From an uncultured Acidobacteriota bacterium (GTDB lineage Bacteria > Acidobacteriota > Thermoanaerobaculia > Thermoanaerobaculales > Sulfomarinibacteraceae): 64,000 bases of DNA. A program made the position numbers and the translations under genes. Position 1 is the first letter of the stretch; each line of letters begins with the position of its first letter. The stretch is from positions 199,472-263,471 of the forward strand of contig CAWGLT010000014.1 of assembly GCA_963823445.1 (NCBI GenBank), written 5' to 3'. Below are positions 48,414-57,082 of the stretch, piece by piece. The notes under the pieces are model-generated. The model searched no databases. It had not been told where the DNA came from and was given only the letters and a program-made list of their open reading frames with translations.

Positions 48414-49156
48414 TCCTCTCCGATATTCACTCGAACTGGGATGCGCTGCAGGCTGTCCTGCGCCACGTCCGGCGCAAGAAATACGATCGCGTCGCCTTTC
48501 TCGGTGATGCGGTCGGCTACGGCGCATCCCCCAACGCCGTCCTGAGCTGGCTCCACGGTCTCGGCGAGAGCGCCCACATCGTTCGGGGAAACCACGACCG
48601 CGTGTGTTCGGGCCTCGACAACGGCGAGTACTTCAACCGGTATGCGCGAGAGGCCTCGGAGTGGACCCTCGACCGGCTCGAGGAAAAGAACCTCGAGTTC
48701 CTCCGGTCCTTCCCCGAGGGCCCCGGCGAGCTCGGTCCGGAGATGGCGATCTGTCACGGTTCGAGTTTTGACGAGGACGCCTACATCTTTTCGGTCTACG
48801 ATGCCCAGCAGGCGTTCAGGTCTCTGCCCCATCCGACCATCTTCTTCGGCCATACCCACGTCCCGACCCTCTTTTCCCTCCAGGTCGAGCACGGGACGAC
48901 CAATCTCCGCGCCCGGCTTCTCAGCGGCAGCCGGACGGTCATCGATCTCGAGCCCGGGACCCGCTATCTCATCAACCCCGGGTCGGTGGGTCAGCCGAGG
49001 GACCGCGACCCACGTGCGGCCTACGCGATCTTCGACCAGGACATCCGCCGCGTCTATCTCTACCGAGTCCCCTATCCGAGCGCCGCCGCCCGCCGGCGGA
49101 TCATCCAGGCGGGCCTTCCCCCCGTCCTCGGCGATCGACTTCTCCACGGGGCATAG
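48401..49156 (+). CDS. Metallophosphoesterase (calcineurin-like)
   Basis: LILSDIHSNWDAL, FLGDAVGYG, GNHD, GHTH motifs. GTG start overlaps the aroK end. Confidence 0.8.
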   Translation: MRYLILSDIHSNWDALQAVLRHVRRKKYDRVAFLGDAVGYGASPNAVLSWLHGLGESAHIVRGNHDRVCSGLDNGEYFNRYAREASEWTLDRLEEKNLEFLRSFPEGPGELGPEMAICHGSSFDEDAYIFSVYDAQQAFRSLPHPTIFFGHTHVPTLFSLQVEHGTTNLRARLLSGSRTVIDLEPGTRYLINPGSVGQPRDRDPRAAYAIFDQDIRRVYLYRVPYPSAAARRRIIQAGLPPVLGDRLLHGA

Positions 49157-49158
49157 GA

Positions 49159-51567
49159 GTGACGGTGCGAAAAATCATCCCGATCGTGTTGCTGTTCGTA
49201 TCGGTCCTGGCGATCGCCGATTCGGCGCCGGCCCAGGACCCGGAGAGTTTCGAGGCGCGGGCCGAGTACCTCCTTCGCCGGATGGACTCCGGTCTGCTCC
49301 CGACACCCATGTTGGTCTCCATGCTGAAAGACCCGTATTCGGAGACCCGGATCCTGGCCGTCCGAGTGGTCGCCTCGAGCGGCGACCCGAGTCAGAGCGC
49401 GCTGCTGCCGGAGTACTTTCGCGATCGGGATTTCCGAGTCCGGTACGAAGTCATGGTGGCGGCCGGACGATTGGGCGCCGACGGGCGGGAGCTCGCGCTG
49501 GCCGGTCTCCGCGACGAGGTCCCGATGGTTCGTCAGGCGGCGGCCTGGGCCGCGTGCCACGGCGGGGTGGAGGCCCTCGGCCCCCTGATGGCCGTCATGG
49601 AGCAGGAGCCCGATCTCGGAGTTCGAACCACCGCCGTCGCCAATCTGTGGCGGTTCGGCGAGGCCGATTGGGAGACCCACGCGGCCTCGGCGGCGCGAAG
49701 CGGCGATGCCCAGCTTCGCCGGGCGGCGGCGTATTCGCTGGCGCGGAGTGGAAGCACGCGAGCGCGCGCGGCTCTCAGAAGCCTCGCCGCCGATGCCGAG
49801 CCCGTGATCCGGGCCACCGCCATCGCGGGTCTTCGTCGCGCGGCCCTTGCGAAGGACGACCTCGCGATCGTCATGACCGCCCTCAACGACGGCGACGCGC
49901 GGGTCCGGACCGCCGCCTGCTGGGTTCTCGCGGAACAGCCCGAGCCGGCTCTCCCCGAGGCTTCGGCGGCCGCCGTTGCAGCGATGTGGGCGCCGACCGA
50001 GCCGCAGCTCGCAGCGATGGCGCTCCGGGCCGCGGCGGCGCGCAGGGAGATCGGCAGCGACGCCGGCCTGCTCGAGATCGTCGGATCCGATGAGCCGTGG
50101 TTGCGGGCCGAGGCCTTCTCGGCCCTCGCCCGAAGAGCCGGTGACGGTCTCGGTGAGGTGGCGAAAGAGTGGTTTTCGAGCGAGGAACCGTGGCGGCGCC
50201 GGGCGGTGGCGGCGGCGGCGCCGATGCTCGGCGAAGCATGGGAGAAGAGGGTTGCCGCGGCTGACGAGGCCGCCGTCCGGCTCGCCTGGCTCGAGAGCCT
50301 CGGCCCCGATGCCGTCGCCGCGCGAGTCGAGGTTCTTCGACGACTCGTCGCCGGCGATCCGGACCCGATCGTGCGAACGGTGGCGCTCAATCATCTCGGC
50401 GATGCCGGCGCCGGCGGGAGCTTCGATTCGCTGCTCGAGCTCGCCCGATCATGGGTCTCGGACGAGATGCCCGATGCCCGGGCCGCCGCTCTGACCGCGG
50501 CTCTGGCGGCCGCCGAGAGCGAGGACGAGCGGATTCTGGTGATGCGGCGAGCCGTCGACGACCGCAACCCGGCGGTGACGATCCTCGTCATCAACGCGGC
50601 GCGGAGCGCCGGGCTGCCCGCCCGGTCGGCCGAACGAGAGCTCCGTCACGACCAACCGTGGTACCTCGAGCTCGTGGAGTGGATGCGCGAGGACCACTGG
50701 CTCGATGTCGCCACCGATCGGGGCACCTTCCGGATCCGTCTCGAGACCACGGACGCGCCGATCACCGCACGTGAGATCTTCGATCTCGCGGAGGCTGGAT
50801 TCTACGACGGTCTGACCTTCCACCGGGTGGCTCCGAACTTCGTGGTTCAAGGCGGCGATCCGCGGGGCGACGGTTGGGGCGGCCCGGGATTCATCGTCCC
50901 CGACGAACCCGCCTTCCGTCCCTTTGACTCGTGGCGGGTCGGCGTCGCGACGTCGGGACCCAATACCGGCGGCAGCCAGTTCTTCGTCACCCTGATGCCG
51001 GCCGACCACCTCGTCGGCCACTACACCAATCTCGGCGATGTGACCGCCGGGCGCGAGGTCTTGCCGCGTTTGAGGGTCGGTGACCGGATCCGTGGGATCG
51101 AGGGTTTCAGCGGCGACGAACCACCGCTGCCGGAGCCGTTTCTCCTCGGCCCCGTCGACTGGGACGAGCTCGCCCAGCTCTCGGGCTGGCAGGAGGAGTA
51201 CGACGCCGGCGAGCCCGATCCGGCGGCGCTCGAGCGGCTCGGTTCGGCGACCGGGAGCTATCGGATCGTGAGCGTTCTCGGGTCGTGGTGCCACGATTCC
51301 CGACGCGAGATTCCGCGCCTGGTCAAGGTCCTGGACCAGCTCTCGACGCCGGTCTTTTCCCACGAGATGATCGGCGTCGATCGCACCCGGAGGATCGATG
51401 ATCCCGAGGTGGCGTCGTTCGCCGGGATCGAGCGAACCGTCGATCTCGTGGCGACGATTGCAGTCTTCGACGACGCCGGCGTCGAGCTCGGCCGGGTGGT
51501 CGAGACCGCGGAGAAGCCCATCGAGGAGCTCCTGATCGAGTTCATCGCCCCCGTCGAGGGCTGGTAA
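49159..51567 (+). CDS. HEAT-repeat / cyclophilin-type PPIase / thioredoxin-like fusion protein
   Basis: Signal-like N-terminus. HEAT-like repeats (…DEVPMVRQAAAWAACHGG…). Cyclophilin core FHRVAPNFVVQGGDPRGDGWGGPGF...GGSQFFVTL. C-terminal thioredoxin-like VLGSWCHDSRREIPRLVKVL (CxxS). Confidence 0.8.
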   Translation: MTVRKIIPIVLLFVSVLAIADSAPAQDPESFEARAEYLLRRMDSGLLPTPMLVSMLKDPYSETRILAVRVVASSGDPSQSALLPEYFRDRDFRVRYEVMVAAGRLGADGRELALAGLRDEVPMVRQAAAWAACHGGVEALGPLMAVMEQEPDLGVRTTAVANLWRFGEADWETHAASAARSGDAQLRRAAAYSLARSGSTRARAALRSLAADAEPVIRATAIAGLRRAALAKDDLAIVMTALNDGDARVRTAACWVLAEQPEPALPEASAAAVAAMWAPTEPQLAAMALRAAAARREIGSDAGLLEIVGSDEPWLRAEAFSALARRAGDGLGEVAKEWFSSEEPWRRRAVAAAAPMLGEAWEKRVAAADEAAVRLAWLESLGPDAVAARVEVLRRLVAGDPDPIVRTVALNHLGDAGAGGSFDSLLELARSWVSDEMPDARAAALTAALAAAESEDERILVMRRAVDDRNPAVTILVINAARSAGLPARSAERELRHDQPWYLELVEWMREDHWLDVATDRGTFRIRLETTDAPITAREIFDLAEAGFYDGLTFHRVAPNFVVQGGDPRGDGWGGPGFIVPDEPAFRPFDSWRVGVATSGPNTGGSQFFVTLMPADHLVGHYTNLGDVTAGREVLPRLRVGDRIRGIEGFSGDEPPLPEPFLLGPVDWDELAQLSGWQEEYDAGEPDPAALERLGSATGSYRIVSVLGSWCHDSRREIPRLVKVLDQLSTPVFSHEMIGVDRTRRIDDPEVASFAGIERTVDLVATIAVFDDAGVELGRVVETAEKPIEELLIEFIAPVEGW

Positions 51568-51586
51568 AACCCCACCGGGTCGGTTT

Positions 51587-52810
51587 TGTAGCGCCGACGT
51601 CCCGTCGGCGATGGTGGTAAGCCGTCGCGGGTTGGTCACATCGCCCACGAGACGTGGGCGGTACAAGGCGCGGTCGAGATGTTGTAGCGCCGACGTCCCG
51701 TCGGCGATGGTGGTAGAGCCGTGGCGGGTTGGTCACATCGCCCACGAGACGTGGGCGGTACAAGGCGCGGTCGAGATGTTGTAGCGCCGACGTCCCGTCG
51801 GCGATGGTAAGCCGGCGGGTTGGTCACATCGCCCACGAGACGGGGCGGTCAAGGCGCGGTCGAGATGTTGTAGCGCCGACGTCCCGTCGGCGATGGTGGA
51901 GAGCCGTGGCGGGTTGGTCACATCGCCCACGAGACGCGGGCGGTACAAGGCGCGGTCGAGATGTTGTAGCGCCGACGTCCCGTCGGCGATGGTGGAAAGC
52001 CGTGGCGGGTTGGTCACATCGCCCACGAGACGTGGGCGGTACAAGGCGCGGTCGAGATGTTGTAGCGCCGACGTCCCGTCGGCGATGGTGGAAGCCGTGG
52101 CGGGTTGGTCACATCGCCCACGAGACGTGGGCGGTACAAGGCGCGGTCGAGATGTTGTAGCGCCGACGTCCCGTCGGCGATGGTGGTAAGCCGTGGCGGG
52201 TTGGTCACATCGCCCACGAGACGCGGGCGGTACAAGGCGCGGTCGAGATGTTGTAGCGCCGACGTCCCGTCGGCGATGGTGGAGAGCCGCCGCGGGTTGG
52301 TCACATCGCCCACGAGACGTGGGCGGTACAAGGCGCGGTCGAGATGTTGTAGCGCCGACGTCCCGTCGGCGATGGTGGTAAGCCGTGGCGGGTTGGTCAC
52401 ATCGCCCACGAGACGCGGGCGGTACAAGGCGCGGTCGAGATGTTGTAGCGCCGACGTCCCGTCGGCGATGGTGGTAAGCCGTGGCGGGTTGGTCACATCG
52501 CCCACGAGACGCGGGCGGTACAAGGCGCGGTCGAGATGTTGTAGCGCCGACGTCCCGTCGGCGATGGTGGAGAGCCGTCGCGGGTTGGTCACATCGCCCA
52601 CGAGACGCGGGCGGTACAAGGCGCGGTCGAGATGTTGTAGCGCCGACGTCCCGTCGGCGATGGTGGTAAGCCGTGGCGGGTTGGTCACATCGCCCACGAG
52701 ACGTGGGCGGTACAAGGCGCGGTCGAGATGTTGTAGCGCCGACGTCCCGTCGGCGATGGTGGTAAGCCGTGGCGGGTTGGTCACATCGCCCACGAGACGC
52801 GGGCGCTACA
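51587..52810. repeat. Tandem array: 13 copies of a 96-bp unit made of two inverted REP-like hairpin motifs (BIME/REPIN-like)
   Basis: The landmark GTTGGTCACA recurs at 51631, 51728, 51819, 51913, 52009, 52104, 52200, 52296, 52392, 52488, 52584, 52680 and 52776. Unit = CATCGCCCACGAGACGYGGGCGGTACA + 17-nt linker + TGTAGCGCCGACGTCCCGTCGGCGATG + ~25-nt linker. Confidence 0.9.
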
Positions 52811-52863
52811 ATCGGCAGGGTCGTCGACGGTTGCGATCAACGGAGAAACTGGAGAGGCCAAAG

Positions 52864-53841
52864 ATGCCGGAAGTAGCCATCACCGCCGAGTTGCCGGGAC
52901 GAGCCATCGAGTGGATCGAAAAGGAGTGTCTCATCCGGCTCAACAGCGGGGTCCAGATCACCGATGAGGCCAGGCTCATCGATTTCATCGGATCGGCCGA
53001 CGCGGTGCTCACCCTTCTCGCGAATCCGGTGACCGACCGCGTCCTCGGGGCCTGCCGCGGTCTTCGGGTCGTCGGCAACTGCGCGGTGGGCTTCGACAAC
53101 ATCGACCTCGAGGCCGCCCGCCGCCGGGGCGTCTGGGTCACCAATACGCCCGATGTCCTCACCGAGGCCACCGCCGATCTCACCTGGGGTCTCATCCTCG
53201 CGGTCACCCGGCGACTGGGTGAGGCCGAGCGGCTCCTCCGCGCCGGGCGCTTCCACGGCTGGGCCCTCGACATGCTCCTCGGATCGGGGCTCCAGGGGCG
53301 GCAGCTCGGCGTGATCGGCTACGGCCGCATCGGCAGAGCGGTTGCGCGGCGGGCCGCGGGTTTCGGCATGTCGGTGGCCTACACCGCCAGGGAAGAGCAC
53401 GTCGACCCTGATCCGCCGGCGATCTTCATGCCCCTCGAGGAACTGCTCTCGACGAGCCACGTGGTGTCCCTCCATACGCCGATGAGCCGGGCCAACCGCC
53501 ATCTCCTCAACGAGGAGCGGCTGCGCCGGATGCCGGTGGGCGCTTTTCTCATCAATACCGCCCGCGGCCCGCTGGTGGACGAAGCAGCGTTGGTCCGGGT
53601 GCTCGAGGACGGCCACCTCGGGGGCGCCGGGCTCGATGTCTTCGAGGAAGAGCCGGCGGTCCACCCGGGCCTCCTCGAGCGTGAGAACGTGGTTCTGCTG
53701 CCGCACATCGGTTCGGCGACGGAAGAGACCAGGGCCGCCATGGCCGAGCTCGCGGCGAGGAACATTCTCGCGGTCTTAGCCGGCGAGGAACCCCCCACCC
53801 CGGTCGTCCGACCCGCGGACCGGGGCCGGCAGGGTACTTAA
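52864..53841 (+). CDS. D-isomer-specific 2-hydroxyacid dehydrogenase (glyoxylate/hydroxypyruvate reductase-like)
   Basis: NAD-binding LGVIGYGRIGRAV, INTARGPLVDEAAL, LLPHIGSAT. Start taken at MPEVAITAEL, because the tracked ORF runs into the repeat array. Confidence 0.85.
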   Translation: MPEVAITAELPGRAIEWIEKECLIRLNSGVQITDEARLIDFIGSADAVLTLLANPVTDRVLGACRGLRVVGNCAVGFDNIDLEAARRRGVWVTNTPDVLTEATADLTWGLILAVTRRLGEAERLLRAGRFHGWALDMLLGSGLQGRQLGVIGYGRIGRAVARRAAGFGMSVAYTAREEHVDPDPPAIFMPLEELLSTSHVVSLHTPMSRANRHLLNEERLRRMPVGAFLINTARGPLVDEAALVRVLEDGHLGGAGLDVFEEEPAVHPGLLERENVVLLPHIGSATEETRAAMAELAARNILAVLAGEEPPTPVVRPADRGRQGT

Positions 53842-53850
53842 GAGACGCAG

Positions 53851-54010
53851 GGCCACCACGCGGAGAAACCGCAGATCACGCAGATGGACGCAGATTCCAT
53901 CGCACCATCGCAAGGTTGAACCGCAATGAGCGCGAAGACCATCCATCGCAAAGATGCGCAAAGCCATCGCAATAGTGAGTGGGTCGCGCGTAGCTTGGGG
54001 GTCGTCTGAC
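53851..54010. repeat. Intergenic CGCAGAT / CCATCGCA repeat cluster
   Basis: CGCAGATCA CGCAGATGGA CGCAGATT is followed by CCATCGCACCATCGCA...CCATCGCA...CCATCGCA. Shares the CCATCGCACCATCGCAA block with 61375-61392. Confidence 0.65.
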
Positions 54011-54121
54011 TTCGTGGTGGTGCCGTCGCGACAGGAACGACTCTGAAGGGCAGGCTGGAAGCCCGCCCCCACCATCATCGCAGCGGGTTGACAATCCGCG
54101 GATCGGGATGTGCGGCGGCGC

Positions 54122-54176
54122 GTGCCTGGCTCTCTTTTCGTCCGACGAAAAGGTGCCTGGCACCGCTCCCATCGCG
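54122..54176. repeat. DR-palindrome-DR element (GTGCCTGGC ... TTCGTC C GACGAA ... GTGCCTGGCAC CGCTCCCATCGCG), copy 1
   Basis: Same architecture and orientation as 59370-59432. Confidence 0.6.
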
Positions 54177-54198
54177 TTCATCGGGGCGCGGACCGCGC

Positions 54199-54999
54199 TC
54201 ACCTCTTGAACAGGTCGACGATCATCTTCGCCACGGCTTCCGGGGCTTCGAGAGGGAGCAGGTGACCGCAGTCCGGGACCACATCGAGGGTCGCCCCCGG
54301 GATCTTGCCGGCGGCTTCCTCGGCGTACGCCTTGAAACCGGGCATCTCCTTCTCACCCACCATCACCTTGGTCGGCGCCGCGATCTCGGCGAGCCGGTCG
54401 GGCACAAGCCAATCGCGCTCGATCCGATCGCGTTCGGTGGCGAGGAACTCGGCGCCCGGGAAGTCCTTGACGATGGCGGCGACGGCCTCACGGACGCCCG
54501 ATTTGCTGAACGAGTGGGCAAAGAGCGGGTTCGATGCCCACGGTCCGGCCATGGCCTCGGCGACGCCCCGGCTGCGGATGATGCGGGCGACCTCGCGCAG
54601 GCTGTCCATGAACGCCGGCTCGAAAGGACGGTCCGGCATGGTCGTCGCCACGAGCCCGAGGGCGGCAGCGCGCCCGGGAGAGGTCAGAGCCGTCTCCAGC
54701 GCGACGCCGCCGCCAAAGCTGAAACCGACCACCGCGGCGCGGTCGACACCGATGAAGTCGAGGAGTCCGACGACATCGGCCGAGTGGTGGCAGACGTGAT
54801 AGCCGGATTCGGGACGGGTGCTTCGCCCGTGGCCGCGCAGATCCGGTCGGATGACCCGCAGCCCGGCATCGCGCAGCTGCGGCATGAGCGAATCCCAGAC
54901 CCGCCGATCCAGGGTGTGGCCGTGGAGCAGGACAACCGGGTCCCCCGATCCCTCATCGGAGAACGAAATCGTGACCTCGTCGCGGGTGAACTCCGGCAT
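54199..54999 (-). CDS. Alpha/beta hydrolase fold protein
   Basis: HG oxyanion motif VVLLHGHT, nucleophile elbow VVGFSFGGGVA, C-terminal CGHLLPLE. Confidence 0.8.
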   Translation of the reverse strand: MPEFTRDEVTISFSDEGSGDPVVLLHGHTLDRRVWDSLMPQLRDAGLRVIRPDLRGHGRSTRPESGYHVCHHSADVVGLLDFIGVDRAAVVGFSFGGGVALETALTSPGRAAALGLVATTMPDRPFEPAFMDSLREVARIIRSRGVAEAMAGPWASNPLFAHSFSKSGVREAVAAIVKDFPGAEFLATERDRIERDWLVPDRLAEIAAPTKVMVGEKEMPGFKAYAEEAAGKIPGATLDVVPDCGHLLPLEAPEAVAKMIVDLFKR

Positions 55000-55141
55000 G
55001 GTCGACACCTCCAATCCCAATCGGCGTTGATTGTACCCGTCCGGATGATGAGTTCGCCGATTTCCAACCTCGGTTCGGGGAATGGGTTAGACTCACGTGC
55101 CGTTTTTCTCATCGGAGAGGCGCGACGCAAAGGGAGAAGCA

Positions 55142-56203
55142 ATGACCTTGACCAATCAGACCGTCCTCGAGACCCTCAACGAGATCGCCGCCCCGGGCAC
55201 CACCCAGAGCCTGGTCCAGGCCGGGACCATCCGCGACCTCGAGATCGACGGTTCCCTGGTCCGCCTCGCCCTCGCCGTCCAGGTCGTCCAGCCCTCGGAT
55301 GTCGAGAACCTCCGCGCCCGGGTCGAGACCGCGCTCCAGGCCATGGACGAGGTTGCAACGGTGGAGATCAAGATTCAGCCTTTGATGCCCATGGCGCCGC
55401 CTCCGGCTCGGCCCGAACCCGAACCCACGACCTGGGCCGACAAGATCCCGGGAATCAAGCGGGTGGTGGCGGTGGCCTCGGGCAAGGGCGGTGTCGGCAA
55501 GTCCACGGTTGCGGCCAACCTCGCGCACGCTCTCGCGATCAACGGACTCCAGGTGGGTCTGCTCGATGGCGACATCTACGGCCCGTCGCAGCAGCTCATG
55601 ATGGGCGCCGAGGGTGAGCCCATGGGCGACGAGAACGGGAAGATCTTCCCCGCGCAGACGCCCGGCGGCGTCAAGGTCCTGTCCTTCGGTTTCTTCGTCG
55701 ACGCCGACCAGCCGGTGATCTGGCGCGGCCCCATGCTGCAGAAGGCGCTCGAGCAGTTCTTCGGGGATGTCCACTGGGGCGAGCTCGACTATCTCATCGT
55801 CGATCTGCCCCCGGGCACCGGCGACGTGTCGCTGACCCTCTGCCAGAACGTGCCGTTGGCCGGGACCGTGATCGTGACGACGCCGCAGGACGTCGCCCTC
55901 ATCGATGCCCGGAAGAGCCTCCACATGTTCACCAAGCTCGAAACCCGGGTGCTCGGGATTGTCGAGAACATGAGTGGTTTCGAGTGCCCCGAGTGCGGAC
56001 ACCTCGAGCACATCTTCGGCGCCGGCGGCGGGGCGAAGACCGCCGAGGAGCTCGGTCTGCCCCTTCTCGGCTCGGTCCCCCTGGACCCCGCCATCGTCAT
56101 CGGCGGCGACACCGGCGCCCCGGTCGTTCTCAAGCGTCCGGACTCGCCCGCGGCAAAAGCCTTCATGGAGATCGCCAAGAAGGTGGCGGAAGCCACCGCG
56201 TAG
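55142..56203 (+). CDS. mrp: Mrp/NBP35/ApbC family Fe-S cluster carrier ATPase with N-terminal DUF59-like domain
   Basis: VVAVASGKGGVGKSTVAANLA deviant Walker A. CPECGH cluster-binding motif. Confidence 0.9.
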   Translation: MTLTNQTVLETLNEIAAPGTTQSLVQAGTIRDLEIDGSLVRLALAVQVVQPSDVENLRARVETALQAMDEVATVEIKIQPLMPMAPPPARPEPEPTTWADKIPGIKRVVAVASGKGGVGKSTVAANLAHALAINGLQVGLLDGDIYGPSQQLMMGAEGEPMGDENGKIFPAQTPGGVKVLSFGFFVDADQPVIWRGPMLQKALEQFFGDVHWGELDYLIVDLPPGTGDVSLTLCQNVPLAGTVIVTTPQDVALIDARKSLHMFTKLETRVLGIVENMSGFECPECGHLEHIFGAGGGAKTAEELGLPLLGSVPLDPAIVIGGDTGAPVVLKRPDSPAAKAFMEIAKKVAEATA

Positions 56204-56229
56204 AGCGAACCGCCCGGTCCCGGCGAGGA

Positions 56230-56982
56230 CTATTTCTTCGCGCTGTAGGTCACGTTGGCGGTGGTCTGGCCGTCGTCGCGACCGATCATGACGATGACGG
56301 TTCGATTCTCGGCCTCGAGGACGCTGTTGATCATGGCGCCCTCGGTGTCGCCGCCCGAGTAGGTGTTGACCGAGACCTCGAAACCGATCTCCTTGAGCCG
56401 GTCGCGGTAGAACCCGAGGACGTCGGCGACGGCGTCGTCGGTGCTCAACGTGAAGTTGCCGTTGACCGAGTCGTTGGTCGTCATGGTGCCGCGGTTCGCG
56501 GGCTCGCTTCCCGGGTAGACGGGAACCCACTCCGGGATCTCGTCGCTGACCGCGGCGCCGGTGGTGATGGCGAAACCGTCGCCATCGCCACTCTCGATCT
56601 TGACCGTGCCGTCCCCGGCGTCGCTGACATCGACGGTCATCTCCTGGCCATCGGCGGTCCAGCTGAACCGACCCTCCTGGATGTCGTCGAAGTTCACGGT
56701 GATGAGCTCGCCGGTCTTGCGGTTGCGGATGGTCATGGTCCCGGCGTCCTCGTCGACCTCGACCTCCTCGAGTTCGGGGGAGGCCTTGACGATGAATCTG
56801 GCGGCGGCGAGTCCCGGGTTGTCCTCGAAGTCCTCGGCGACGTTTTTGACCGTTCGAGCCAGGAAAAAGCCGCCGACCATCACGACCACGATGGCGATGA
56901 CCATCAGCGCGCCGCACCCGATCCCGACCCAAGCCAGTGGATGCAGCCCGGTCCGTTCGGGCGCTTGTGCTCCGTTGCTCAT
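56230..56982 (-). CDS. Hypothetical membrane-anchored protein
   Basis: Single TM LAWVGIGCGALMVIAIVVVMVGGFFL and acidic ectodomain. No family recognised. Confidence 0.5.
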   Translation of the reverse strand: MSNGAQAPERTGLHPLAWVGIGCGALMVIAIVVVMVGGFFLARTVKNVAEDFEDNPGLAAARFIVKASPELEEVEVDEDAGTMTIRNRKTGELITVNFDDIQEGRFSWTADGQEMTVDVSDAGDGTVKIESGDGDGFAITTGAAVSDEIPEWVPVYPGSEPANRGTMTTNDSVNGNFTLSTDDAVADVLGFYRDRLKEIGFEVSVNTYSGGDTEGAMINSVLEAENRTVIVMIGRDDGQTTANVTYSAKK

Positions 56983-57082
56983 CTCGACCTCCCTGACCTC
57001 TGTAGTCTCCGCGGCGAAGCATAGCACGCCGTCATCATGCTAGGATCAAACGAGATGGACGAAGATCGTAGACCGAGGCGCC

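Noticed and set aside
52014-52793. 259-aa minus-strand ORF encoding perfect 32-aa repeats (ALYRPRLVGDVTNPPRLTTIADGTSALQHLDR), and the plus-strand ORF 52105-53841 that reads through the array.
   Set aside because: The unit length is a multiple of 3 in GC-rich DNA, so several frames are open by default. GC3 is similar in the two frames I checked (about 81% versus 78%). There is no RBS or ATG (GTG start only), no signal or known repeat fold, and indels in units 2, 3 and 5 break the frame. The hairpin symmetry explains the conservation better. Not fully excluded.
51587-52810. CRISPR array. Regularly spaced ~27-nt palindromic repeats might trigger CRISPR finders.
   Set aside because: The inter-repeat segments are themselves constant from unit to unit. 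The repeats alternate in orientation, and no cas genes or leader are present in the window. It is a tandem duplication of a 96-bp unit, not a repeat-spacer array.
54122-54176. Sigma-54 promoter, because of CTGGCA(C/T) in GTGCCTGGCAC (also at 59370-59432).
   Set aside because: The required GC element (TTGC) is absent at the correct 5-nt spacing after TGGCAC/TGGCAT in all four occurrences. One copy also lies between convergent gene ends.
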